A program made the position numbers and the translations under genes. 64,000 nt of DNA from an uncultured Verrucomicrobiae bacterium (GTDB lineage: Bacteria > Verrucomicrobiota > Verrucomicrobiia > Chthoniobacterales > JAFAMB01): the NCBI GenBank assembly GCA_963813025.1, contig CAWEXO010000013.1, positions 192,001-256,000 on the forward strand. The letters run 5' to 3'. This document shows, in pieces, positions 1 through 9,901 of the stretch (the first letter of the stretch is position 1; the number at the start of each line of letters is the position of its first letter). The notes beneath the pieces were generated by a model. It was not told the DNA's origin, searched no databases, and saw nothing but the letters and a program-made list of their open reading frames with translations.

Positions 1-2
1 GC

Positions 3-965
3 TTACTTCGTAGTCGCGTTTATTTCAAAAAGTGAGCTGACTGATTCGTTCGTGTAAATCCGCTGGATACCCTCACCGAGAAGCTCCGCCACGGAAAGCA
101 CCGTGATTCGACAGGACGGGTCCAACAGGACCGGAGTAGTATTTGTCGTGATCAGTTCCAGAATCTCAGAATTCTTTAATCGTTCGTGCGCAATGCTCGT
201 GAATACCGCATGAGTCACCCCGGCGTAAATATCGCGGGCACCCTGCTTTTTCAGAAGGGCGGCGGCGCTCGTCAGAGTGCCAGCCGTTTCGGTGAGATCG
301 TCGACCATTAACACATTTTTTCCATCCACATCGCCGATCACCTGGAGAGCTTCTGTTTCGGTGGGACTGCGGCGGCGTTTGGCGACGGTGGCAAAGGTCG
401 CGCCGAGCGCGTCGGCATAGACCGAGGCAAGCTTCAGGCCGCCAACGTCCGGTGACACCACGACCAAGTTATCAATATTCTTTTGCCGAATGTACCGGAG
501 GAGAACGGGAGCGGCGTAAAGGTGGTCGACCGGAATATCAAAAAAGCCTTGAATTTGTTGCGCGTGCAGGTCGATCGTCAGAATCCGGTTCGCGCCGGCG
601 GCGTCCAACAGATTGGCGACGAGCTTCGCGGTGATCGGCACTCTCGGCTGATCTTTTCTGTCTTGCCGGGCATAACCGAAGTAAGGTATCACCGCGGTAA
701 TGCGATAAGCGCTGGCTCGTCGGGCTGCATCGATCATGATCAGCAACTCCATCAGGTTCTGATTAGTCGGTGGGCAGGTCGGTTGGACGATGAAAACATC
801 GCGACCGCGAATATTTTCGTCGATTTTGATCCGCGTTTCGCCGTCCGGAAAGGAGTTCACGCTGGCTTCGCCGAGAGGCGCGCCGACGGACTGGCAAATT
901 TTTAGCGCGAGCTCGCGGTGAGCGCGCCCGGAAAAAATTCGCATCTCGCGATTAAACGGAGTCAT
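3..965 (-). CDS. prs: ribose-phosphate pyrophosphokinase
   Basis: FPDGE, PYFGYARQDRK, DLHAQQIQGFF, VSPDVGG and VDDLTETAGT PRPP-binding motifs. Confidence 0.97.
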   Translation of the reverse strand: MTPFNREMRIFSGRAHRELALKICQSVGAPLGEASVNSFPDGETRIKIDENIRGRDVFIVQPTCPPTNQNLMELLIMIDAARRASAYRITAVIPYFGYARQDRKDQPRVPITAKLVANLLDAAGANRILTIDLHAQQIQGFFDIPVDHLYAAPVLLRYIRQKNIDNLVVVSPDVGGLKLASVYADALGATFATVAKRRRSPTETEALQVIGDVDGKNVLMVDDLTETAGTLTSAAALLKKQGARDIYAGVTHAVFTSIAHERLKNSEILELITTNTTPVLLDPSCRITVLSVAELLGEGIQRIYTNESVSSLFEINATTK

Positions 966-1260
966 AGCAAGGCAAGAAGAACCGGGAAAATAGTGCGGAA
1001 CGGCAAATTTACAAATGCGATACGTGGGAAATTTTCTGAGGAGGCGGGCCAGCGCATAGCGTAGGCCTCAAATCGTGGCTCCCGCACGGCGGGAACTTGT
1101 CGCGCCATAGCCCCGCGAAGCGGGTTGAAGGCGGACGGGCCTCGTCCGTATTGCGCTCAGGCGCAAGAAAATGGCCAAACTCCACTGCGGACCGGGCTGT
1201 CCGCCCTCCTCTCCGCTGCGGAGGACTAAGGCGCGCAAAGTTCCGCGCCACATCCGCGTC

Positions 1261-1794
1261 TTAACTCCCGGCTGCCTTCTTGCCGTCAAGCACAGCGAGA
1301 ACATCCCGTGCCTGCTTATCAGTCGCGGCGTGAGTATCAAACCAGACAAGCTTGCCCTGTTTAAAAAGATACGCTTGCCGGGAATCCAGGCTGTTTTTAA
1401 TCAAAGGAACGCCGAAAGCATTGCTCACCCGATGATCGACGTCCGATATCAGAGTGAAAGGCAGATGGTCTTTTTCCTTAAACTCGCTTTGGCTGGCAAC
1501 TGGATCGACGCTGACGCCCAATATTTTGACGCCGCGATTTTGGAGCTCCGTATAGGAGTCCCGCAGGCTGCATGCCTGCGCCGTGCAACCGGGGCTCATG
1601 GCCTTCGGATAAAAGTAAACCAGCAAATATCCACTTTGCGCCTGTTCCGGGAAACTCACCTGGGAACCGTCTTGCGCGGTGGCCGAAATATTGGGAATCG
1701 GACTGCCCAGCTGCAGCTTGGTATCCGTGGCACACCAAGCCGTTCCCAAGCCGAGCAGCAGCGCGATGGCGGAAAGAAAAGACGTTCGGTTCAT
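1261..1794 (-). CDS. exported peroxiredoxin (Bcp/PrxQ-like)
   Basis: YFYPKAMSPGCTAQAC motif, GVSVD; N-terminal signal-like segment. Confidence 0.9.
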   Translation of the reverse strand: MNRTSFLSAIALLLGLGTAWCATDTKLQLGSPIPNISATAQDGSQVSFPEQAQSGYLLVYFYPKAMSPGCTAQACSLRDSYTELQNRGVKILGVSVDPVASQSEFKEKDHLPFTLISDVDHRVSNAFGVPLIKNSLDSRQAYLFKQGKLVWFDTHAATDKQARDVLAVLDGKKAAGS

Positions 1795-1824
1795 AGCCAA
1801 TCTTCACTTAATCCCTGTTCTGGC

Positions 1825-1869
1825 GCAACCCTTCGGCCGGCGACGTCATCGTTATATATGGCGCACTAG
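1825..1869 (+). repeat. deleted remnant of one end of the MITE at 24442-24771
   Basis: CGGCGACGTCATCGTTATATATGGCGCACTAG resembles CGGCGACATCATCGTTATATATGAGACGGCGCACTAG (24735-24771). Confidence 0.75.
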
Positions 1870-1871
1870 CT

Positions 1872-2489
1872 TTATTTGTTCGCCACTTGCGACTCCTCAC
1901 CGGCTCCGCTGATCGCCTCCAGAAATCCTCGCAGATAGGCCGGAGGGAGATAAACGTAGAGGATACCGGTTCCTGGGATCGATCCGGAAACATAGAGCCT
2001 GAGACCGGTGGAAAGATGTTGTTCCAGATAGCCAGACGAGAGATCGATTCTTGCCGATGTTTTCGCGCCGCTCACTTCCCTCTCGCGAGGAGAGTTGGCG
2101 TCGCAGTCCAGTTCCTCGCCCGCGATGTCCCTGGCTCGCTCGAGGGGGTACCAACGGCACGACTGGACGACAACATCCAGGGCTGCTCCCTCGGGATATC
2201 CGTTCAACAGCGAAGCTGAAAGCGAGGCGAAAACGCCATCAGCGTGAATCGGGTTGTAGATGGGCTCGTTCAGGGTTGAAGTCGGAAAGGCCGAACCTTT
2301 GGCTGTCATACCGACCCAGGGACCGTAGGCGACAGTTCCCGATGGCGTGTGGTTGTAGCGCACCTTTCCGCCGACCTCGCGCGGGTCGGTCTCGAGACCA
2401 ACCTGATTCCAGGGCGCGCAACTCACGAAAAACGAACTCAGGACCAGGCTCGCCAGCGCGGCTCTGGGGAATCGGGCTTGTGCGAACAT
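1872..2489 (-). CDS. hypothetical lipoprotein
   Basis: 205-aa ORF filling the gap, lipobox-like FFVSC. Confidence 0.6.
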   Translation of the reverse strand: MFAQARFPRAALASLVLSSFFVSCAPWNQVGLETDPREVGGKVRYNHTPSGTVAYGPWVGMTAKGSAFPTSTLNEPIYNPIHADGVFASLSASLLNGYPEGAALDVVVQSCRWYPLERARDIAGEELDCDANSPREREVSGAKTSARIDLSSGYLEQHLSTGLRLYVSGSIPGTGILYVYLPPAYLRGFLEAISGAGEESQVANK

Positions 2490-2566
2490 ACGCCGATGTT
2501 AGGCGCTTCACGTCTAACCTTCAACGTTCAACGCCGCGAAGATCGGGACGTGCCCAATTGTTTGTC

Positions 2567-3292
2567 TCACGCCCTCCGGATTTCGATGTCTGAGAAGATG
2601 TTATGCTGTGAGACCAGAAGCTGTTTGAGCCTGATTAACTCCAGAAGGGCGAGGAAGGTGACCACGATTTCGGTGCGCGAAGCAGCGGCGGTGAAAAGGT
2701 CCGAAAAAGAAATTGGACAGTCCCGATCGGTAATTTGCAGAAGCTGTTCGATTTTTGCCGAGACAGTAAAATTCTCTTCAAAAATCTCCCGCAGATCTTC
2801 CCGCTTGTTTTCCAGGCGCCGCAGCGCTTTCTGCAACGCGTTGATCAGATCAAAAATGCTGATTTCGGAGGCAAGCAGCGGACCGGCGTCGGCTAAATCG
2901 GGTTTGCCTGGGAACCGCGCATGAAGACGTTCCTGGGCGAGTTCCCGTTGCTGCAGCTCTCCCGCGGCGTCCTTGAATTTTTTGTATTCGATGAGTTGCC
3001 GAATTAGTTCCCAGCGCGGATCCTCTTCTTCGGCGTCTTCCTCGGGCGCCTGCTGGTGGACCGGGAGAAGGCTCCGGCTTTTGATGTACATCAAATTGGC
3101 CGCCATGAGGACGAATTCGCCGGCAATCTCCAGATCAAGCATGTGGAAATTATCGAGATACTCCAGATATTGGCCGGTGATCTTTTCCAAGGTGACATCG
3201 TAGATGGCCACCTCTTCTTTTTTTATCAGATAGAGGAGCAGGTCGAGTGGGCCTTCAAAAACGTCCAGCTTAACCTTGTAATCGTTATCCAT
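2567..3292 (-). CDS. scpA: segregation/condensation protein A
   Basis: FEGPLDLLLYLIKK N-terminus, IVVTFLALLELIR C-terminus. Confidence 0.95.
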   Translation of the reverse strand: MDNDYKVKLDVFEGPLDLLLYLIKKEEVAIYDVTLEKITGQYLEYLDNFHMLDLEIAGEFVLMAANLMYIKSRSLLPVHQQAPEEDAEEEDPRWELIRQLIEYKKFKDAAGELQQRELAQERLHARFPGKPDLADAGPLLASEISIFDLINALQKALRRLENKREDLREIFEENFTVSAKIEQLLQITDRDCPISFSDLFTAAASRTEIVVTFLALLELIRLKQLLVSQHNIFSDIEIRRA

Positions 3293-3344
3293 TCAGGGGA
3301 CCCCGGGAGGGCTTCGGTGTGGCTTAATACCAGGAATCGAATTC

Positions 3345-3725
3345 TCATCCTTTCCATAAAATAGCCTGAGCGACCGCATAATCTTGAGTATGACTCAAGC
3401 TCACGAAAACCTCCGTTATCCCTGATCGGCCGGCCAACTCCGCTGCGCCCGCGTGCAGCACGACAAAGGGTTCGCCGTTCGCCTTCCGTCGCACTTCAAT
3501 GTCTTTCCAATTGATCGACCCGGAAAACCCGGTGCCGAGCGCTTTGGCCACCGCTTCTTTGGCGGCGAAACGGGCGGCAAAGTGGGTCGCTGGTTCTTTC
3601 ATCGAACGGCAGTAATCGACTTCGGATTGAAAGAAAATCTTTTCGAGAAAGCGTTGGCCATGCCGGCGAATGGCATCCGCTATCCGCCCAATTTCAACAA
3701 CATCAATACCAATTCCGAAAATCAT
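3345..3725 (-). CDS. acpS: holo-[ACP] synthase
   Basis: GIGIDVV, AARFAAKEAVAKALGTG, VSLSH. Confidence 0.96.
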   Translation of the reverse strand: MIFGIGIDVVEIGRIADAIRRHGQRFLEKIFFQSEVDYCRSMKEPATHFAARFAAKEAVAKALGTGFSGSINWKDIEVRRKANGEPFVVLHAGAAELAGRSGITEVFVSLSHTQDYAVAQAILWKG

Positions 3726-4462
3726 CGACCGGCTTGCAGACGAGCCAGCATTTCGCGCACGGCGTTTTCCAACCCGGCGAAAATGGCTCGAGAAACGATC
3801 GAGTGTCCAATGTTAAACTCGCTCCAAAAAGGAATCCGCAATAGCAGATGGACATTGTGGTAATTGATTCCGTGCCCGGCATTCACCAGCAGCCCTTTCT
3901 CGTGAGCCAATCGAGCGGCCGCTTCCAGCCGGGCGAGTTCATCATTTTTGAAATCGTCCAGAGCATTGGCAAAAGCGCCGGTATGCAGCTCGACCGCGTC
4001 GGCGCCGAGATCGGCCGAAGCCTGGATCTCCTGGGCATTGGGCTTAATAAACATGCTGACGCGAATACCCGCGGCGCTGAGGCGTTCGACGGATTTTCGA
4101 AGCGCTTTGGCATTGCGGACCACCTCGAGACCGCCTTCTGTAGTCACTTCCTGGCGATTTTCCGGTACCAGGCAAACGTCATCGGGAAGGACGCGCAGAG
4201 CTGTTTCGAGTATCTCGGGTGTATTGGCCATTTCCAGATTTAACTTGGTCACCAGGCTTTTCCGGAGGCGGAAGACGTCCCGATCCTGAATATGGCGGCG
4301 ATCCGCTCGCAAATGCACGGTGATCCCGTGAGCGCCGGCTCGCTCGCAAGCGGACGCCGCCTGCAGCACGTCGGGTTCGCTGTTGATCGAGTCGCTCATT
4401 TCGGCATAGCGGGCCTGCCGAAGGGTGGCTACATGGTCGATGTTAACTCCTAAGCGTATCAC
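3722..4462 (-). CDS. pdxJ: pyridoxine 5'-phosphate synthase
   Basis: LGVNIDHVATLRQAR, TTEGGL, ELHTG, NAGHG, NIGHSIV; GTG start at 4462 inferred. Confidence 0.96.
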   Translation of the reverse strand: MIRLGVNIDHVATLRQARYAEMSDSINSEPDVLQAASACERAGAHGITVHLRADRRHIQDRDVFRLRKSLVTKLNLEMANTPEILETALRVLPDDVCLVPENRQEVTTEGGLEVVRNAKALRKSVERLSAAGIRVSMFIKPNAQEIQASADLGADAVELHTGAFANALDDFKNDELARLEAAARLAHEKGLLVNAGHGINYHNVHLLLRIPFWSEFNIGHSIVSRAIFAGLENAVREMLARLQAGR

Positions 4463-4475
4463 AAGGAAACTTAAG

Positions 4476-4577
4476 CACGTTTCGCGTTTCACGTTTCACG
4501 TTAACCAGGAAAGATCCCCATACGCGAAACGCGGGACCCGAAGCTCGAGACGTCAAGCGCGAAACGTGAAACGTGAG
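4476..4577. repeat. inverted array of 7-mer repeats (CACGTTT / AAACGTG)
   Basis: CACGTTTCGCGTTTCACGTTTCACG ... CGCGAAACGTGAAACGTG between purH and pdxJ. Confidence 0.7.
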
Positions 4578-4579
4578 CC

Positions 4580-6109
4580 TCAATGCCTGAAGTGTCGGAC
4601 TTCCGTCAACACCATTGTCATCTTGTGTTGGTTGGCCGCTGCGATGATCTCCGCGTCTTTCACCGATCCACCCGGCTGAATCGCGGCCGTTGCTCCGGCG
4701 GCGGCGGCCGCCAGCAGCGCGTCCGGAAACGGAAAAAGGGCATCGCTGGCAACGGCTGAGCCTTTGAGCGACAGGCCAGCTTCGCTCGCTTTCCAGACCG
4801 CAATCCGGGACGCGTCCACCCGGGACATCTGTCCCGCGCCAATCCCCAGGGTGCGGTCTTTGCCGGCCAGCACGATGGCATTTGACTTCACGTGCTTCAC
4901 CACGCGCCAGCCAAACATCATCGCTTTCATCTCATCAGCCGTGGGCGGACGCGTCGTGACGACGTGACGCTCGGGCTGTTTGAAATCGGCGCGATCTTTT
5001 TCCTGCACCAGCAGACCCCCAATGACCGAACGTAGCTCAGGGTCCTGCCGCGTTGGCTCAGCCCAATCGAGCATTTTCATGAGACGTAGGTTCTTCTTCT
5101 TTTGCAGCACGGCCCGCGCTTCCGGCTCGAAGTCCGGCGCAATGATGACTTCGCTGAAAATTTCAGATATCGCCTTCGCCAAGGGCAGCGTCAACGTCCG
5201 GTTGCAAATGATGATCCCGCCGAAGGGAGCTTGTTTATCTGTCGCGAAAGCTTTCAGCCAGGCTTCGCGCAAATCGCTATCCGAGCCGACCCCGCAAGGA
5301 TTGCCGTGTTTCAGTATGGCCACCGTCGGCTCATAGAAATCGGCAATGAGGTTAGCCGCGGCATGAATGTCCAGGATGTTATTGTAAGAGAGCTCCTTGC
5401 CATGGAGCTTCTGGAAGAAATCCTGAAAGTGCCCGTAGAGCGCGGCATGTTGGTGAGGATTCTCCCCGTACCGAAGGCGAGTCTCCAATGGTAACGAAAG
5501 GGCGAAGGAAGCTTCGGTCGATTGTTTGCGGTTGAGATATTCGGCAATGACATGGTCATAACGCGCGGTGGTATTAAAGACTTTGATCGCGAGCCGTTCC
5601 CGAAGCGCCAGAGTGGTCTCGCCGTTATGCATGTCCAGGTCATCCAGTACCATTTTATAGTCATGCGGATCGGTAATCACGGTCACGGAACGGTAGTTTT
5701 TGGCGGCACTCCGCAGCATCGAGGGGCCGCCGATGTCAATCTGTTCAATCGCTTCGGCCAGGGTTACCTCGGGCTTGGCAATGGTCTCTTCGAATGGATA
5801 AAGGTTAACGACCACCAGATCGATCGGCTGAATCCCGCTGTCTTCGGCTTCGCGTTGGTGGTCCGGATTATCGCGAACAAAGAGCAGTCCGCCGTGCACC
5901 TTCGGGTGAAGGGTCTTGACCCGGCCGCCGAGGATCTCCGGAAAACCGGTATAGTCACCGATCCCCAAATGCGGGATCTTTTCGGCTTTGAGGAGGTTGG
6001 CCGTGCCACCCGTTGAGACGATCTCAATCCCGAGCTCAACCAATCGTTGAACGAACGGAACCAGTCCGGTCTTGTCGGAAACCGAGACCAGCGCGCGTCT
6101 AATCTTCAT
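4580..6109 (-). CDS. purH: bifunctional AICAR formyltransferase/IMP cyclohydrolase
   Basis: SVSDKTG, GRVKTLHP, IDIGGPSM, RYGENPHQ, GQMSRVD, RHFRH. Confidence 0.98.
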   Translation of the reverse strand: MKIRRALVSVSDKTGLVPFVQRLVELGIEIVSTGGTANLLKAEKIPHLGIGDYTGFPEILGGRVKTLHPKVHGGLLFVRDNPDHQREAEDSGIQPIDLVVVNLYPFEETIAKPEVTLAEAIEQIDIGGPSMLRSAAKNYRSVTVITDPHDYKMVLDDLDMHNGETTLALRERLAIKVFNTTARYDHVIAEYLNRKQSTEASFALSLPLETRLRYGENPHQHAALYGHFQDFFQKLHGKELSYNNILDIHAAANLIADFYEPTVAILKHGNPCGVGSDSDLREAWLKAFATDKQAPFGGIIICNRTLTLPLAKAISEIFSEVIIAPDFEPEARAVLQKKKNLRLMKMLDWAEPTRQDPELRSVIGGLLVQEKDRADFKQPERHVVTTRPPTADEMKAMMFGWRVVKHVKSNAIVLAGKDRTLGIGAGQMSRVDASRIAVWKASEAGLSLKGSAVASDALFPFPDALLAAAAAGATAAIQPGGSVKDAEIIAAANQHKMTMVLTEVRHFRH

Positions 6110-6295
6110 GGAAAACAAAACCTAACAGGCGGAAAGCCAATGTCGACCCGCGATCCCGGGGAAAAAGGATGCGCCCCGAGACTCGAGTCCCGCGTTCCGC
6201 GTTCCGCGTCCCGAGTGCCGAATGAATATCCCCCTACCTGAATCTTAGCTTGGTTTTTTCTGCGCTCTGCTACATTTCGTCGACTGACGAAAACC

Positions 6296-7486
6296 ATGAA
6301 AAAGCGAGTTTTGATCATGTCGACCAGCGCGGGCACGGGTCATGTGCGAGCCGCACAAGCTTTAGCCAAGGTCTTCGGTGAGCATCCGCAGGTTTCGGAA
6401 GTTGTGCATAGCGATGCGCTGCACTTTACCAATAAGCTTTTTCGAGACTTCTACTCCAAGCTCTATACCAATCTGGTAAAAACGGCGCCGGATTTTCTTG
6501 GGTGGTGGTACAAACAGAGCGATGAACCGTGGAAGACCGACGGCATGAGGCTGATGATGGATCGCCTGAACACCGGCCCATTGGTTAAATTCATTCGCAA
6601 ATTCGATCCACACATCACAGTCTGCACCCATTTCATGCCAGCCGGCATCATTTCGGACCTCATTGCAAAGAAGCAGCTCGATGCGCATCTCTCGATCGTG
6701 GTGACTGACCTGGATTTTCACGCGATGTGGCTTTCCCGGATGTTTCACCGCTATTTTGTCGCGATTGCCGAAACCAAGGTTCACCTGGAAATGTTGGGAC
6801 TTCCGAGCGAGCGAATCACCGTTTCGGGAATACCGATTGACCCGTCCTTTTTGGAGCCGGTGGACCGAACAGTTGTCCGATCTTCCCTGGGCCTGGATCC
6901 AGACCTGCCCGTCCTGCTGCTTTCGGCTGGTGCGCTCGGCGTGGGCCCCGCGGAATTCGTCGTCGAGCGCCTGAAAAGCTTGCGCTCGCAAACCCAGACC
7001 GTCGTTGTCTGTGGGCGCAGTGTCGCGACCAAGGAACGAGTTGAGCGAGCTGTCCAGGATCGACCCGAGAGTTTCCGGGTACTTGGTTACACCGACAAAA
7101 TGGCTGACCTGATGAGGGTTTCCGATCTTTTCATTGGCAAACCCGGCGGGCTGACCACCGCCGAAGCGCTGACCTGTGGTTTGCCAATGGTAATTCTGAA
7201 CCCGATACCCGGGCAGGAAGAACGAAACAGCGATCATCTGCTCGAGGACGGTGTAGCGGTCAAGTGCAACGAACTGACGACCCTCGCTTATAAAATCGAC
7301 GTCTTACTGGACGACCCGAAACGGATGGAAGTGATGCGAAAACGCGCCTATGCGTTGAGCCGGCCAGAGGCCGCTCGAACGATCGTCGAAACGCTGGTAG
7401 CAGACGATCTCCCGCCACTCGAAGTGACCGATGACGACGCCGAGGCGATCACCTTGGCGGCGATCAGAGAGCGAGATCTGCGATAG
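6296..7486 (+). CDS. MGDG synthase / UgtP-like GT28 glycosyltransferase
   Basis: GTGHVRAA, VVTD..H..W, GIPI, GKPGGLTTAEA, PGQEERN. Confidence 0.9.
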   Translation: MKKRVLIMSTSAGTGHVRAAQALAKVFGEHPQVSEVVHSDALHFTNKLFRDFYSKLYTNLVKTAPDFLGWWYKQSDEPWKTDGMRLMMDRLNTGPLVKFIRKFDPHITVCTHFMPAGIISDLIAKKQLDAHLSIVVTDLDFHAMWLSRMFHRYFVAIAETKVHLEMLGLPSERITVSGIPIDPSFLEPVDRTVVRSSLGLDPDLPVLLLSAGALGVGPAEFVVERLKSLRSQTQTVVVCGRSVATKERVERAVQDRPESFRVLGYTDKMADLMRVSDLFIGKPGGLTTAEALTCGLPMVILNPIPGQEERNSDHLLEDGVAVKCNELTTLAYKIDVLLDDPKRMEVMRKRAYALSRPEAARTIVETLVADDLPPLEVTDDDAEAITLAAIRERDLR

Positions 7487-7489
7487 AGT

Positions 7490-9058
7490 ATGTCCGAATT
7501 TCTCTGGGGCGTCGCAACGTCGGCTTACCAGTCAGAAGGCAGTTACAACGGTCCCGGCCAGCCGCTCACCAACTGGGCGGAGAGCGAACGTCGAGGAGCG
7601 GTAGCGAGCGTCGGATCAGCCGCCGACTTCTGGAACCGGTATGCGGAGGACTTTGCTCGGTGTCGTGAGCTTGGTCTGAACGCGTTCCGGTTGGGCATCG
7701 AGTGGAGTCGGGTACAGCCGGCCCGCTCTGCCCGGCCGGGGCCGCCACCCCCCTTCGATGAAGCCGCGCTCGCCCACTATGCCGCAATGCTCGCGGGATG
7801 CCGGCTGAACGGCCTCGAGCCGGTCGTGACGCTTCATCACTTTGTGCACCCGGCCTGGTTGGGCAGCGACCCCTGGATGGAGCCGGATATCGCCAACCTT
7901 TTCTGTAACTACGTCAAGCATGCGCTGCTCGCCATCAACCGCCGGTTGACGGACGATTACGGCGTCGCGCCTCCCCGCATTTTTATTACGATCAATGAGC
8001 CGAACATGCTAGTGCTCAACACCTATTTCGGTACCCAATTTCCCGGTCGAGAAAAAAAGACCTCCGGAATTCGGACGCTGCTGGAGGTGTATCGCCAGAT
8101 CTTGATCACCCATGTGCGAGCGTACAACCTGCTGCATCGTTTGGCGGCGGAACAGGGTTGGCCCGAACCAATGGTAACGTTCAATAATTATTCCAGCGAT
8201 CTCTATTGGTCGGACAAAGTGCTGCTCGATTTAATTTCGATCCGCGAACGCGAGGTAACCATTGGCGGATTGCGCGACTACATCTATGAGAAAGGCCTGG
8301 AGTTCGAGCGCGCTTTCATGGCTGCCCGGATTCCTCTAGCCAAGGACATCCCGTTTTTCTTTGGTGCGGCCGCCAAGCGATTGAGCAACTGGCTCGGTTA
8401 CAAAACGTTCGCCGCGGCCGGCTTCAACCCGTTAGTGGACGAGATCTATGCGGCGGACCGCCCGATCGCCATCGATTATGTCGCGATGGATTACTACGAC
8501 CCCTTCGCCGCGCACATTTTCCGGCACCCGGTCTGGTGGGATCACGATTTCAAAAACAAGAGTTTGCGAACCTGGCTCATGAATAGCATCACCAGTAAAT
8601 GGTGGGACTGGCGAGTGCTGCCGGCTGGGATGCGCTTCTTCTGTGACTATTACAGTCGCGATCTGGGCGGGCGACCGGTCTTAATCGCGGAAAACGGTAT
8701 GGCTCTGCGCCGGCGAGTGGATAACCGCAACACGATGCGCCGGGATAAAATGACTCGCAGTCAGTTTCTGCGTCTGCATGTTGAGGAGGTCATCAGGATC
8801 GTGGAGGCCGGTACACCCCTTTTTGGCTATCTGCATTGGTCGCTTTTTGACAATTACGAATGGGGTTCGTTTACCCCACGGTTCGGCTTGTTCTCCATTG
8901 ATTACCAACGCGATAACAACCGGATCGTCGAGGATCACCTGGGCGACCGGCCTTCGCTGACCTACCGGCAATTGGTTGCCGCGGCCAGGAAACGCCTGAC
9001 TGATGAGGTTGTATTGGATAGCAAGGGCGACTGGCAATCCTTGGCTGATCCTTCCTAG
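7490..9058 (+). CDS. glycoside hydrolase family 1
   Basis: FLWGVATSAYQSEG, TLHHF, TINEP (acid/base), IAENG (nucleophile), WSLFDNYEWG. Confidence 0.93.
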   Translation: MSEFLWGVATSAYQSEGSYNGPGQPLTNWAESERRGAVASVGSAADFWNRYAEDFARCRELGLNAFRLGIEWSRVQPARSARPGPPPPFDEAALAHYAAMLAGCRLNGLEPVVTLHHFVHPAWLGSDPWMEPDIANLFCNYVKHALLAINRRLTDDYGVAPPRIFITINEPNMLVLNTYFGTQFPGREKKTSGIRTLLEVYRQILITHVRAYNLLHRLAAEQGWPEPMVTFNNYSSDLYWSDKVLLDLISIREREVTIGGLRDYIYEKGLEFERAFMAARIPLAKDIPFFFGAAAKRLSNWLGYKTFAAAGFNPLVDEIYAADRPIAIDYVAMDYYDPFAAHIFRHPVWWDHDFKNKSLRTWLMNSITSKWWDWRVLPAGMRFFCDYYSRDLGGRPVLIAENGMALRRRVDNRNTMRRDKMTRSQFLRLHVEEVIRIVEAGTPLFGYLHWSLFDNYEWGSFTPRFGLFSIDYQRDNNRIVEDHLGDRPSLTYRQLVAAARKRLTDEVVLDSKGDWQSLADPS

Positions 9059-9210
9059 TGCGCCGTCTCATATATAACGATGACGTCGCCGCAGGTCAGT
9101 TGGCTGTTTTTCAAGGCGCGGTCCGAGCCGGTCTGGCAGTAGAAGCGTCCATATCTGGATTCATACGGATCGAGCGAGCAACGCCGAAAAACAGCCAACT
9201 GGCGCGGCCC
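9055..9210 (-). mobile_element. partial MITE copy (one terminal repeat plus inner arms)
   Basis: Near-identical reverse complement of ~24600-24771; begins at CTAG containing the GH1 stop codon. Confidence 0.85.
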
Positions 9211-9292
9211 ACTCCCAGGCGAAAAAGCGCGCGCGTGCTGGGGCTAACCCGATTGAGGCGGTTGCCGGGACAGCGGGGTGAAGTACGCTCCG

Positions 9293-9901
9293 ATGATGCT
9301 AAAATCTTTGCTCGGTATCACTAGTTTATTTTTGGCCCTCAATTTCGATATTGTCCTACACGCCCAAGATAACGGCACGATTCCGAGTAGCGGCGGACGA
9401 TATTTCAACGGCCGCGTGGAAATTCCGCTACGAGCTTTTGCGCAGGATGATCCGCGGTGGAGCGACGTTCGGCTTGGGTCATCTACTGACACACTCGGCG
9501 AGGAGGGGTGCGCGGTGACTTCTGCCGCGATGGTCGTCGCTTTTTACGGGATCAAAACCAACCCCCAGCAGCTGAATGCTTTCCTAACCAGAACCGGCGG
9601 TTTCACCGATGATGGACTGATTCATTGGAGCCGGGTGCCATCGATCGCTCCCGACCACTTGGAACTGGCCTACAATGGCGGTCCCTCCTACAAATTGATC
9701 GACTCGAATTTGCTGGCGGGAAATCCCGTCATTGCGGTGATCAAGCTGCCGGACGGCGCTTATCATTTCGTGGTAATCGTGGGGAAAGAAGGCCAGGATT
9801 ACTTGATCCGCGATCCGGCCGCCTCCCCGTTCCGCCCGGCCTATCACCTGAGCGACTTGACGGATCGGATTGTCGGTCTGTGCTTTTTTCGCACGATTTA
9901 A
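9293..9901 (+). CDS. secreted C39-like cysteine peptidase family protein
   Basis: Q.DPRW, GCAVTSAAM (Cys), HFVVIVG (His), IRDP (Asp); signal peptide. Confidence 0.8.
   Translation: MMLKSLLGITSLFLALNFDIVLHAQDNGTIPSSGGRYFNGRVEIPLRAFAQDDPRWSDVRLGSSTDTLGEEGCAVTSAAMVVAFYGIKTNPQQLNAFLTRTGGFTDDGLIHWSRVPSIAPDHLELAYNGGPSYKLIDSNLLAGNPVIAVIKLPDGAYHFVVIVGKEGQDYLIRDPAASPFRPAYHLSDLTDRIVGLCFFRTI

Noticed and set aside
966..1260. Possible tRNA upstream of prs
   Set aside because: No cloverleaf or T-loop consensus found on either strand
9058..9324. Short ORFs with shared peptide (RRLIYNDDVAAG...) here and at 24369-24816
   Set aside because: They are translations of the MITE copies; no evidence of protein coding
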